Origin: an uncultured Chloroflexia bacterium
GTDB lineage: Bacteria; Chloroflexota; Limnocylindria; Limnocylindrales; CSP1-4
DNA: 64,000 bases
Direction of reading: 5' to 3'
Assembly: GCA_963766735.1 (NCBI GenBank)
Contig: CAVYBU010000007.1
Location: 256,001-320,000, forward strand
Part shown: one piece after another, positions 1-9,174 of the stretch
How the letters are laid out: each line of letters starts with the position of its first letter
How positions within the stretch are numbered: position 1 is the stretch's first letter
The notes under the pieces: generated by a model
What the model was told of the DNA's origin: nothing
The model's input: only the letters and a program-made list of their open reading frames with translations
Databases searched by the model: none
Made by a program: the position numbers and the translations under genes

Positions 1-1931
1 AGCCCGGCCAGGACCACGCCCAGCGAGGCGCCGGCGGGGTTGAGGAACGGCGTCCCGGTGACGTCGCCCAGCCCGCTCGGCGGGTACTCCGTGGTGAGGA
101 GGAGCAGGACGGCAAGCCCGCCGGCGAAGAGCGACGACGCCGACGCCAGCCACCCGCCGCGGACCCACCCCGCCACGGGCTCGAGCCCGTCATTCACGGG
201 CAGGCGCTCGATGAGCCGGTCCAGCAGCAGACCCGCCAGCGCGATCCCGGTGAGCGCGGCGGCGAGGTACGGGCCCGCCAGCTCGAAGGTGACGGCATAC
301 GCCGCGAGAACGACGCCGGTCGCCGCAAGGGCGGACCGTATCCACCGGACGGGCACCAGCGCGATCGCGACCGCGATCGCCGCCAGGACGGCCCCGAGGG
401 AGCCGGCCTCCGCATGCAGGAATGGCGGCGAGAAGGCGGGTTCCACGCGAAGGCCCGCCTCCCACAGGGGATACTCGACGACGAGCAGGTGCGTCACGAC
501 GAGGCCGCCCAGGACCAGGGAGGCCGCTGCTGACCACGTGTGGCGCCTTCGAACGGCGAGCCACGCAAGGGCCACGGACTCCGCCGCCCAGGCGACCGGC
601 ACGGCCGCCGCGCCCAGCTGGACGAACGCCGCGATGGCGAGCAGGGCGACGCCGGTGCCCGCGACGAGGTTGCCGAACAGGTGCCCGAGCCCCTGGCGGG
701 CCAGGAACCAGCCACCGAGGAGCAGGTGGGCGAGCGACGCGACGGCGATGAACGTCCCGCGCCACACCGCGAGGTCGCCGCCCAGGACCACGTAGCCGCC
801 CCAGAGGAGGAACGTCGCGTTCGCGAGGACGAGCGTCGCGCTGGACGGGCGGAGGTCGTCCCGGCGGATCCGGATCTCCTCTCCGGCGGCGGCCACCACG
901 TTGACCAGCCAGAAGCCAGCCAGGGCGACGATCGCCTGGACGGGCTCGGGATCGCCCATCAGCCAGCTGGCGAGCTGCGGCGCCGCCAGGATGAAGGCCA
1001 GCGGCGGCAGGTACGGCCACGTGCGGAAGAGCGCGATGGCGGTCGTCCCGACGAGGGTCACGGCAACGAACAGGAGGGTGAGCGTCGTGGGCGAGGCGCC
1101 AACGACCGGGGGCGCGATCAGGGCCGCAATGAGCCCGAAGGCCGCGACCTCCTTCGCGTCGAAGCGGATTGCGATCACAGCCGCGGCGATGGCGGCAACC
1201 AGGGCCCCGGCGAGACCGACCTCCGGGGGCACCAGGGCGTAGAGCCGTGTCGCGGCAAACAGGGCGATCGAGATGATCCCCAGGCCCACCGCGCTCAGTA
1301 CGTTGCCCATCAGTCGGTTGTGGCGGGCGAGCATGACGGCTCCGCCGGCGAACGCCGCGATGCCGGCGCCCAGGCCGATCAGAACCCGCATTGGCTCGTT
1401 GATCCAGCCACGGCTGAACGCGAGGCTGAGGAAGAACACCGCGGCCGCAACCAGCGCCAGGCCGCCCACCCAGGCGAGCGCACGCCCGGCGAAGCGCTCC
1501 TCCAGGTCGCGCAGCGAGAACGCGGGTCCCGCCGGCGAGGCCGACGCAGTCCGTGGACCGGGATGAGTGTCCGGCTCGGGACGGCTGCGCGTCTCTGTCG
1601 TCGGCGATCCGGTGGAGGCAGGTTCCGGGTTCCTCCACCACGTCGAGCTCTGCCACCCCGGGATGGCGGTGAGAGCGGGCGCGCCAGTTTCCGCAACCGG
1701 GGCAGCCTGAGTCGCGGAAGCTGCCGGAGTGACCGGCGCATCTGCGGAGGCTGGCCCGGGCCTTCGCTGGCGGACAGAGGGATGCGGCGGCGGGTCGGGT
1801 GGCCGCCGGGCGGCGAGGCTCGTGGTCGCGGCGCGATCGGCCAGCTGGGTGACCTCGAGCCTGGCCAGCCGTCGCTCCAGGTGGGCGAGGCGTCGCTCGA
1901 GCGACTCCAGGGTGTATGCGTCGTCGTCCAT
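1..1931 (-). CDS. DUF2339-like multi-pass membrane protein (3' end runs out of the window)
   Basis: Manual translation from ATG at 1931: MDDDAYTLESLERRLAHLERRL..., a Pro/Ala linker, then SLRDLEERFAGRALAWVGGLALVAAAVFFLSLAFSRGWINEPMRVLIG and many hydrophobic helices. No stop before position 1, which explains its absence from the ORF track. Confidence 0.75.
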   Translation of the reverse strand, partial: MDDDAYTLESLERRLAHLERRLARLEVTQLADRAATTSLAARRPPDPPPHPSVRQRRPGPASADAPVTPAASATQAAPVAETGAPALTAIPGWQSSTWWRNPEPASTGSPTTETRSRPEPDTHPGPRTASASPAGPAFSLRDLEERFAGRALAWVGGLALVAAAVFFLSLAFSRGWINEPMRVLIGLGAGIAAFAGGAVMLARHNRLMGNVLSAVGLGIISIALFAATRLYALVPPEVGLAGALVAAIAAAVIAIRFDAKEVAAFGLIAALIAPPVVGASPTTLTLLFVAVTLVGTTAIALFRTWPYLPPLAFILAAPQLASWLMGDPEPVQAIVALAGFWLVNVVAAAGEEIRIRRDDLRPSSATLVLANATFLLWGGYVVLGGDLAVWRGTFIAVASLAHLLLGGWFLARQGLGHLFGNLVAGTGVALLAIAAFVQLGAAAVPVAWAAESVALAWLAVRRRHTWSAAASLVLGGLVVTHLLVVEYPLWEAGLRVEPAFSPPFLHAEAGSLGAVLAAIAVAIALVPVRWIRSALAATGVVLAAYAVTFELAGPYLAAALTGIALAGLLLDRLIERLPVNDGLEPVAGWVRGGWLASASSLFAGGLAVLLLLTTEYPPSGLGDVTGTPFLNPAGASLGVVLAG

Positions 1932-2043
1932 TGCACGCCCTCCCGCGGATCTCTGAACCTAGGGACGCCGGCGGGCGCAAACCGTTACAGATGCCCCAGG
2001 GTCGGATCCATCGCCGCGCCCGTGTCGGTGGGCGCTGCAGGCA

Positions 2044-3906
2044 TCAGGCCTCGAGATGCGCCTTGATCCGCTCCGCCAGCGCCCGCCCGATCCCGGGCAC
2101 GGCGGCGATCTGCTCCACGGGCGCCTCGCGCACGCGCTTCGCGGACCCGAACACCTTCAGCAGCTCCCGCTTGCGCTTCGGGCCGACACCCGGCAGATCG
2201 TCGAACGCGGATCGGACAGCCTTCCGGTTGCGCAGGCTGCGGTGGTAGGTGATGGCGAACCGATGGGCCTCGTCGCGCAGCCGCTGGACCAGGTACAGAG
2301 CCTGCGAGGTGACCGGCAGCAGGACCGCCTCGGCACGATCCGGCAGGATCAGCTCCTCGCGCTCCTTGGCGAGCCCGGCCAGCGGCAGGTCACCAATGCC
2401 CATCCCCGTCAGCGCCTCGAAGGCCGCGCTCACCTGGCCACGGCCTCCGTCCACGATGACGAGGTCCGGCAGTGCCCAGCGTCGCTCCTCCTCGGTCCCC
2501 TCCTCGCCCGATTTCGTCCCCTGGAATCGCCGGCGGAGCACCTCCTGGAGGCTGGCGAAGTCGTCCGCGCCCTCCACTGTCCTGATCCGGAACCGGCGGT
2601 ACTCCCCTGTTCGCGGTCGGCCCTCCTCGAAGACGACCATGCTGGCCACGTTCTCCATGCCCTGCAGGTTCGAGATGTCGTAGCACTCGATCCGCATCGG
2701 CGGCCCGGGGAGGCCCAGGGCAGCGGCGAGCTCCTCCAGCGCCCCCAGCGTCTTGCCCTCGTCCGCCAGCCAGCGGGCCGCCTCTCGGGCCAGCGCCTCG
2801 GCCGCGTTGCGGGTCGCCAGCTCCATCAGCTCCCGCTTCTCGCCGCGCTGGGGGGTGCGGATCCGGACGTGCGTGCCGCGCTTCGCGGTCAGGAAGGCCT
2901 CCAGGTCCGACGTGTCGGCCAGCGACCGTGGAACCAGCACCTCCCGCGGAACGCTCGTGGCCCGAGCGTAGTACTGCTCCAGGAAGCTGCCCAGAACCTC
3001 GTCGTCAGTGACGTCCCGGGGCGTGTCCAGGAAGAAGACGTCCCGCCCGAGCATCTTGCCGTTGCGGACGACGAACAGTTGCACCGCGGCCTGGGCGTCC
3101 CTGCGCGCCATCGCCACGAGGTCCAGCTCGGTGCGGGCGAAGGCGGCCATCTTCTGGCTCTCCATCGTCCGTTCGATCGACCGGATCTTGTCCCGGACTA
3201 CGGCCGCCTTCTCGTACTGCTGCTGCTCGGCCGCGAACGCCATCTCGTACCGGAGGCCGTCCACGAGCGTGTCCGTGTTGCCCTCCAGGAACAGCTCAAC
3301 CTGGGCGATGTCCGCACGGTAGGCGGCCTTCGCGATCGCCTCCACGCACGGGCCCTGGCAGCGCTTGATGTGGTACAGCAGGCAGGGACGGGACAGCGCC
3401 CGGGTTTCCTCCCGGATGTCAATCGTGCAGGTCCGAAACGGGAACAGGCGCCGGACCAGGTTCATCGCCTCGTCCACGGAGCTCGCCGATGCGTACGGCC
3501 CGAAGTAGCGGCTGCCGTCGCTGACGAGCTTCCGCGTTCGCTCGATTCGCGGAAAGTCATCCGCGAGCGTGATCTTGATGTAGGGGTAGCTCTTGTCGTC
3601 CTTGAGGCGGACGTTGAACCGCGGCTTGAACCGCTTGATCAGGTTCGCCTCGAGCAGCAACGCCTCGGAGACGGAGTCCACCTCGGTGACCTCCACGTCG
3701 ACGACGCGCTCGATCGCCTGGCGGATCTGGTGGAACTCGCCGGGCCCCCGGCCGCCCGGGGCCTGCTTCTGCCAGTAGCTGCGGACCCGGCTGCGGAGGC
3801 TCTGCGCCTTGCCGACATAGAGCACCTCGCCCCGGGCGTCCTTCATCAGGTACACGCCGGGTCGGTCGGGCAGGTTGGCGAGGGTCGCGGCGATCTCCGG
3901 GGTCAC
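2044..3906 (-). CDS. uvrC: Excinuclease ABC subunit C
   Basis: GIY-YIG start (PGVYLMKD...YVGKAQSLRSRVRSY), RIECYDIS, PDLVIVDGGRGQ, RDEAHRFA, C-terminal HhH motifs. Confidence 0.97.
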   Translation of the reverse strand: MTPEIAATLANLPDRPGVYLMKDARGEVLYVGKAQSLRSRVRSYWQKQAPGGRGPGEFHQIRQAIERVVDVEVTEVDSVSEALLLEANLIKRFKPRFNVRLKDDKSYPYIKITLADDFPRIERTRKLVSDGSRYFGPYASASSVDEAMNLVRRLFPFRTCTIDIREETRALSRPCLLYHIKRCQGPCVEAIAKAAYRADIAQVELFLEGNTDTLVDGLRYEMAFAAEQQQYEKAAVVRDKIRSIERTMESQKMAAFARTELDLVAMARRDAQAAVQLFVVRNGKMLGRDVFFLDTPRDVTDDEVLGSFLEQYYARATSVPREVLVPRSLADTSDLEAFLTAKRGTHVRIRTPQRGEKRELMELATRNAAEALAREAARWLADEGKTLGALEELAAALGLPGPPMRIECYDISNLQGMENVASMVVFEEGRPRTGEYRRFRIRTVEGADDFASLQEVLRRRFQGTKSGEEGTEEERRWALPDLVIVDGGRGQVSAAFEALTGMGIGDLPLAGLAKEREELILPDRAEAVLLPVTSQALYLVQRLRDEAHRFAITYHRSLRNRKAVRSAFDDLPGVGPKRKRELLKVFGSAKRVREAPVEQIAAVPGIGRALAERIKAHLEA

Positions 3907-3942
3907 GCCCCGATTGTGGGGCAGGCGGCGGCCATCTGCCGT

Positions 3943-5091
3943 TCAGCGTGCGGCGCGGTGCGCAGCGCCTTTCGTTTCGGCCCGCGGGGCGGCGCCCGGA
4001 AGCAGGAGCACGACCGCCGTGGCCAGCGGTGTTCCGTCGACGGTCGCGGTCAGGCGCCAGGATCCCGGGGCCAGCTCCCCCGTCCTCAGGTTGAGGTGCC
4101 AGGCGCCGTCGCTCCAGGAGAAGGTCCCCCCTGATCTCGTGGCGCCCGACACCGCGGCCGTGCCCGCGGCCGTCAACTGCTCGAGCATGAGGACGGGAGC
4201 CCCGATGACGCCGGAGCCCCGCGCCGTGGCATCCGCGGAGACCACGAGCTTGAGCGGGATCGTCCGGCCGAAGTGCCCGACGAGTGCCGGGGTCGCATCG
4301 CCGTCGAGCGGGTGACCCCACCTGGCGCTCAGTCGATGGACCGTCACGTCGAAGCTGCCGTACGCCTCATTGCCGGCGGCGTCCGTGGCCGTGCAGGTCA
4401 CGGTGGTGGTCCCGACGGGGAATGCGGCCCCGCTCGCCGGGGCGCACGACACCAGCGGGGACGGATCGGTGTCGTCCGTCGCCGTGGGCAGCGGCCAGGC
4501 GACGACGGCCGTCTCACCGGAGGTCCATGCGGACAAGGGGCCGGACACGCCCGCGAGGACAGGCGGCGTCGTGTCCGCTGGGGTGGCTGCGACCACATCG
4601 AGCACGACCGAGAAGCTGGTCAGGCCGGTGAGCCCGTCGGCCGGCGAGAAGCCGAACAGGACGCTGAACGACCGGTCCGGGCCGGGAGTGGTCGGCGCCG
4701 TCACGGCAAGCCGGGCGGGAACGTCGCCCGTGACCTGCTCGATGCCCATGGGGCAGCCTTCGCCATAGGCCGGCCAGGTGGCTGGAACGCTGATCCGGCC
4801 CGGGGACACGATGAGCGCCCCGTCGTCCGGGACCGTGATGGAAGAGGCGGTGACGTCGATGATCGAGCCGGCCGCCGCGTGCGCGGGGTACTTGCACGTC
4901 AGCCTGAGGACGACATCTACCGTCACGCTCGCGCCGGGCGCCACCTCCCCGAGATCCAGGGAGGTCTGGTTGCCGGCCGAGACCGCGTCACCGTCCGTGG
5001 CCAGCGTGTCCGCGAAGGCAAGTCCGGAAGCACCCAGCGAGAGGGCGATCGCGAGGGCCGCGGCACGGCGGAGGACGGGCGTGGCCAACAT
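3943..5091 (-). CDS. Secreted HYR-domain protein with a PxKF-like C-terminal domain
   Basis: Signal-like N-terminus (MLATPVLRRAAALAIALSLGASGLAFA); HYR motif DTTPPV...ATDDTD...FPVGTTTVTCTATDAAGN; GRTIPLKL near the C-terminus. Start trimmed from the ORF-track 5271. Confidence 0.75.
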   Translation of the reverse strand: MLATPVLRRAAALAIALSLGASGLAFADTLATDGDAVSAGNQTSLDLGEVAPGASVTVDVVLRLTCKYPAHAAAGSIIDVTASSITVPDDGALIVSPGRISVPATWPAYGEGCPMGIEQVTGDVPARLAVTAPTTPGPDRSFSVLFGFSPADGLTGLTSFSVVLDVVAATPADTTPPVLAGVSGPLSAWTSGETAVVAWPLPTATDDTDPSPLVSCAPASGAAFPVGTTTVTCTATDAAGNEAYGSFDVTVHRLSARWGHPLDGDATPALVGHFGRTIPLKLVVSADATARGSGVIGAPVLMLEQLTAAGTAAVSGATRSGGTFSWSDGAWHLNLRTGELAPGSWRLTATVDGTPLATAVVLLLPGAAPRAETKGAAHRAAR

Positions 5092-5298
5092 GAAGCATCT
5101 CCCTGTGCGGATCCCCGGCCGGGCGCCCATCCGGGCCATTGCCGGCAGCGCTCCACAAGGGTTGCGGGTGCAGCCGGCGCCGGCCATGGGCCGCTCGTCC
5201 CGTTCGGTGCGCAGCCGCGCCGCCCGTCCGTACCGGTGTCGCCGGTCACCGGTCCGGATCACGACACGCAACGAGCCCGCCGGCGGGGCCGGGAATCG

Positions 5299-5327
5299 CG
5301 AGGCCGGCGCCCTGGGCGCCGGCCTCG
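5299..5327 (-). terminator. Perfect GC hairpin downstream of the nucleotidase gene
   Basis: CGAGGCCGGCGCC-CTG-GGCGCCGGCCTCG, a 13-bp stem about 25 nt after the stop at 5352; no clear U-tract. Confidence 0.5.
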
Positions 5328-5351
5328 TGGTGTGGGACGACGGGGATGGTC

Positions 5352-8300
5352 CTACGGGACCAGCGTGATCCGATCCTGGGGGCCCGGCGCGACGGGTGAG
5401 TGGGCCTCGACGTACTTGGTGAACGCGTCGACGTCCACGTCCCCGCCGAGGCGGTCCGTGCCCTCCTTCAGGACGGTGTAGTTGTCACCGCCGTCCGCGA
5501 GGAAGTTGTTGACCGTGACCCGGTAGGAGGCCGCCGGGTCGAGCGGCACGCCCGCGATGCGGACGTTCGTCACGATCCCGTCCGGGCCGGCCGTGGCGAG
5601 CCGGTCGTAGGTCAGCGTGTGGGAGACCTGCAGGATGCCGATCCCGCCGGTGAACTGCTGTTCCAGGAGGGCGTCGACCTGGGCACCGGTGAGGGTCATC
5701 GTGACAAGGCTGTTGCCAAACGGCTGGACCGTGAATGCCTCGCTGTAGGTGACCTCGCCGGGCAGCTCGCCGCCGCTGATCTGGTCGTACGTGAGTTCGG
5801 CACGGATGCCGCCCGCGTTCATCAGCGCGATGTCCGCACCGCCGAGCTCGTCGGGGGTGGTCGCCCAGAGCTGGGCGTCCGCGATCACGTCGCCGAGGGC
5901 GGACTCACCGGCCAGGTTGGCCGTGCGGGTGATGGTCTCGGTGATGGAGCCGATGACCTTGTTCGCCAGCGGGGCGGACAGGGTCTTGTACTTGGTGATC
6001 AGCGCGGTGATGTCCTCGTCCGCGGCCACGTCGCGGGTGACGATCACGTTGTTGACCTTCGCCGATGCAACGTCCTTCGTCACCCGGCTGACGGTGAGGT
6101 CGATATCCGTGACAAGACGGCCCTGGTGGGCGGCTCCGGTCACGATCTTGCCGTCCACGACGCAGTTGACGGCCCAGTTGGTGTGGCCGGTGATGACGAC
6201 GTCGATCTCGTCGTCCATTGCCTCGACGATCGGCGGCAGGGCGCCGGTCAGGGTGCCGCAGGAGTTGATCGTCGTCTCATTCAGGGGATCGCTGTTCCGT
6301 CCGCCCTCGTGGAGCAGGACGATGATCGTCTCGATGCCCATCCCCTTGAGCACCGGCACCAGCGCATTGACCGACTCGGCTTCGTCCAGGAAGTCAACGT
6401 GCGAGATGCCTGCGGGGCTCACGATCGACGGCGTGCCCTCGAGCGTCATGCCGACGAGCGCGACGCTCACGCCATTGAAGTCGCGGATCGCAAACGGCGG
6501 AAAGATCGTCTTGCCGCTGTCCTTGTAGACGACGTTGGCGGCGAGATACTCGAAGCTCGCGCCGGCGAAGCCGTCGCCATCCTGGCAGCCGTCGACCGGG
6601 TGGCAGCCGCCGTTCTGCATGCGCAGCAGCTCGTCGACACCCTCGTCGAACTCGTGGTTGCCGACGCCGTTGAAGTCGAGGCCCATCTGGTTGAAGGCCT
6701 CGATCGTGGGCTCGTCGTGGAACAGGGCGGAGACCAGCGGCGTGGCGCCGATCATGTCGCCAGCCGAGACGAACAGCGTGTTCGGGTTCGTTGCGCGGAG
6801 CGCGTTGACGTGGGTCGCCAGGTACTCGGCACCACCCGCGAGCGTCGTGCCGATCCGGCCGCCGGAGCCGCTCGGCGGCTCGAGGTTGCCGTGGAAGTCG
6901 TTGAGGGAGAGGATCTGAATGGTGGCGTACCGGGTCTCGCGCACCCACGCCAAGGCTTCGGCGTTGGTCAGCGTCTGCCTCGGAAGCAGCTGGTTACCCT
7001 CCGGGGTGAAGATCGACGCCTTGAGGGCATAGGCCGTCGGCTGCTTCGCCCAGCCCAGGAGGGTTCGGGCGTCACTGTAGGGCTTCAGCACCGACATGTC
7101 GGGCGAGAGGTCCCACTTGGCCGAGTCGGCGAGCAGGAACAGACCTCCCTGGCGGCTCAGTTGGACGCTGTCCTTCTTCTGGTCCGGAACCTTCACGTCA
7201 GAGGACGAGTCGTCGAACGCCGTCCACAGCAGCTCCCCGTAATCGGCCCGGGTCACCGGATCTGACGCAGTTCCGCTCTGCCACGTGTTGACCGGCGGCA
7301 GGAGGTCGAAGTTGTGGACGTAGACGTCGCTCGGCGAGATCGTCTCCTTGTCCATGATCCAGTTCGTGATCAGCTCGCGAACTTCCGTCGTCGACTGGTA
7401 GAGCTTCTCAGCCGTCGGGAACTTCCCGGTGGCGCGGTAGTTGTTGAGCGCGACCCGGACCATCTGGTCCATCGCCAGCGGCTTGCCGTTGAGCTTGAGC
7501 TCAACCACGCGCTCGCCGACCGGCTTGGTCACGTCCAGCTCGTACTCGATGCCCGACCACAGGTCGTAGTTGTAGTCGCGTACCGCGCTGTTGACCGTGA
7601 CGCCCGTCGGTTCGTAGTAGTACTGGTTGAAGTAGTTGGCGGTCCACTCCAGCTCGTCCTTGATCATCTGGCCGCTGGCCTCGATCACGTAGAGCGTGTT
7701 GTCGTAGATGTAGACCGCGTACGCGTCCTTGAGCTTGATCGGACCCGCGCTCAGCTTGGCGCTGTCGTTGAACAGCGCGGCGAGCGAGGCTTCGACCGGG
7801 AACCCCGCCTTCTCGGCGGCGTCCGTCTGCACGTAGTTGATCAGGTCGGCCATCGGCCCGTCAGCGACGCGCGCCGGGAACCCGCCGGGGAAATCGTCCG
7901 TTGCGGTGCCGATCGGCGTGTTGATGTAGGCGACCGTCGTGTCGTGATACGGCTTCATGAGGGTGAGCAGGTCCGCGTCTTCCGCGACGCCCCTCATGTC
8001 GGGTGTCGTGGAGGACTTGCTGGTGACGGTCCAGTCGCTGCCAGTGCCCGAAACCGTGATCCGGATGTCGGAGACGCTGCGGCCCCAGTAATAGGGCTCC
8101 GTGACAAGGACGCCGTTGATGGTCTCGCCCGGAACCTTGGCGTGTGCATGGCCCGCCAGGATCACGTCGATGCCCGGGACCTCGTTGGCCAGGTACTTGA
8201 CGAAGTTCTCCTCACGACCGTAGCCGTAGGTCTCGTCAAGGCCGCTGTGGGCCGCCACCACGATCACATCCGCGCCTGCGGTGCGCATCTGCGGCACATA

Positions 8301-8936
8301 GGTGTTGGCTGCAGCCATCGCATCACCGAACACGCAATCGACGATGTTCTCGGGCCGCTCCCAGTACTTCACTGCCGGGGGAGTGAGGCCCAGGATGCCG
8401 ACCTGCACGCCGCCGACGTCCTTGATCACGTACGGCACGAAGGTGTAGTCCCGGCAGCCGGTGACGTTCGCCGAGAGCAGCGGGAAGTTGGCCTCGCTCT
8501 GGTACTTGTTGAAGACGCTCGGCCCGTAGTTGAACTCGTGGTTGCCGACGGTGGAGGCGACATACTCCATCTCGTTCATGGCCGCCGCCAGCGGGTTCTC
8601 CTTCGACGTGTCGACCATGTTGAAGTAGTACGCGAGCGGGTTTCCCTGGATCGTGTCGCCGTTGTCGATCAGGATCGTGTTCGGGTTGCTGCCGAGCACT
8701 CCCTTGACGTATGTCTGGATCTTCGTCAGCCCGCGCTCCGAGGAGCTGTTGGTCGGCTCGCTGTCCGTGAAGTAGTCGTAGTTCTGGACATTGCCGTGAA
8801 GGTCGCTCGTGCCAAGGATCGCGAGGTCCTTGGTCTCGAGCGCGCTGACGGTCGCCGCTGGTTGGGCGGGAACGGCGAAGGCTGCGATCAGCAGCGCAGC
8901 GACGACCATCACGGGGATCGGCCTGGAACGTCTCAC
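5352..8936 (-). CDS. Secreted tandem 2',3'-cyclic-nucleotide phosphodiesterase / 5'-nucleotidase (two metallophosphoesterase + 5'-nucleotidase-C modules, SLH-like linker)
   Basis: Two sets of metallophosphoesterase motifs (TSDLHG/DNGD/GNHEFN/GHAH and LNDFHG/SAGD/GNHEFD/GHTN); signal peptide; GTG start at 8936 with GGAGGT RBS. Confidence 0.9.
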   Translation of the reverse strand: MRRSRPIPVMVVAALLIAAFAVPAQPAATVSALETKDLAILGTSDLHGNVQNYDYFTDSEPTNSSSERGLTKIQTYVKGVLGSNPNTILIDNGDTIQGNPLAYYFNMVDTSKENPLAAAMNEMEYVASTVGNHEFNYGPSVFNKYQSEANFPLLSANVTGCRDYTFVPYVIKDVGGVQVGILGLTPPAVKYWERPENIVDCVFGDAMAAANTYVPQMRTAGADVIVVAAHSGLDETYGYGREENFVKYLANEVPGIDVILAGHAHAKVPGETINGVLVTEPYYWGRSVSDIRITVSGTGSDWTVTSKSSTTPDMRGVAEDADLLTLMKPYHDTTVAYINTPIGTATDDFPGGFPARVADGPMADLINYVQTDAAEKAGFPVEASLAALFNDSAKLSAGPIKLKDAYAVYIYDNTLYVIEASGQMIKDELEWTANYFNQYYYEPTGVTVNSAVRDYNYDLWSGIEYELDVTKPVGERVVELKLNGKPLAMDQMVRVALNNYRATGKFPTAEKLYQSTTEVRELITNWIMDKETISPSDVYVHNFDLLPPVNTWQSGTASDPVTRADYGELLWTAFDDSSSDVKVPDQKKDSVQLSRQGGLFLLADSAKWDLSPDMSVLKPYSDARTLLGWAKQPTAYALKASIFTPEGNQLLPRQTLTNAEALAWVRETRYATIQILSLNDFHGNLEPPSGSGGRIGTTLAGGAEYLATHVNALRATNPNTLFVSAGDMIGATPLVSALFHDEPTIEAFNQMGLDFNGVGNHEFDEGVDELLRMQNGGCHPVDGCQDGDGFAGASFEYLAANVVYKDSGKTIFPPFAIRDFNGVSVALVGMTLEGTPSIVSPAGISHVDFLDEAESVNALVPVLKGMGIETIIVLLHEGGRNSDPLNETTINSCGTLTGALPPIVEAMDDEIDVVITGHTNWAVNCVVDGKIVTGAAHQGRLVTDIDLTVSRVTKDVASAKVNNVIVTRDVAADEDITALITKYKTLSAPLANKVIGSITETITRTANLAGESALGDVIADAQLWATTPDELGGADIALMNAGGIRAELTYDQISGGELPGEVTYSEAFTVQPFGNSLVTMTLTGAQVDALLEQQFTGGIGILQVSHTLTYDRLATAGPDGIVTNVRIAGVPLDPAASYRVTVNNFLADGGDNYTVLKEGTDRLGGDVDVDAFTKYVEAHSPVAPGPQDRITLVP

Positions 8937-9174
8937 GGGGGCACCTCCGAGGACGAGGGCAAGTGGAGACGCATCAGGTCCGCCCTCTCCGCGGACCAGC
9001 ACTCAGGCAATGACAGAACGCTACTCCCCGAAGCGCGTCTCCGGCACGGCCGAACGGCAGTCGATTCGTGCCGGATGGGCCCTTCTCGATGCCATCGCCA
9101 CCGTAGCGGTGCCCATGCGCACCACCAATTCCTGCGCAAGGGCCGCATAAGGGGCGCCTGCGAGGCTCCGAGGC

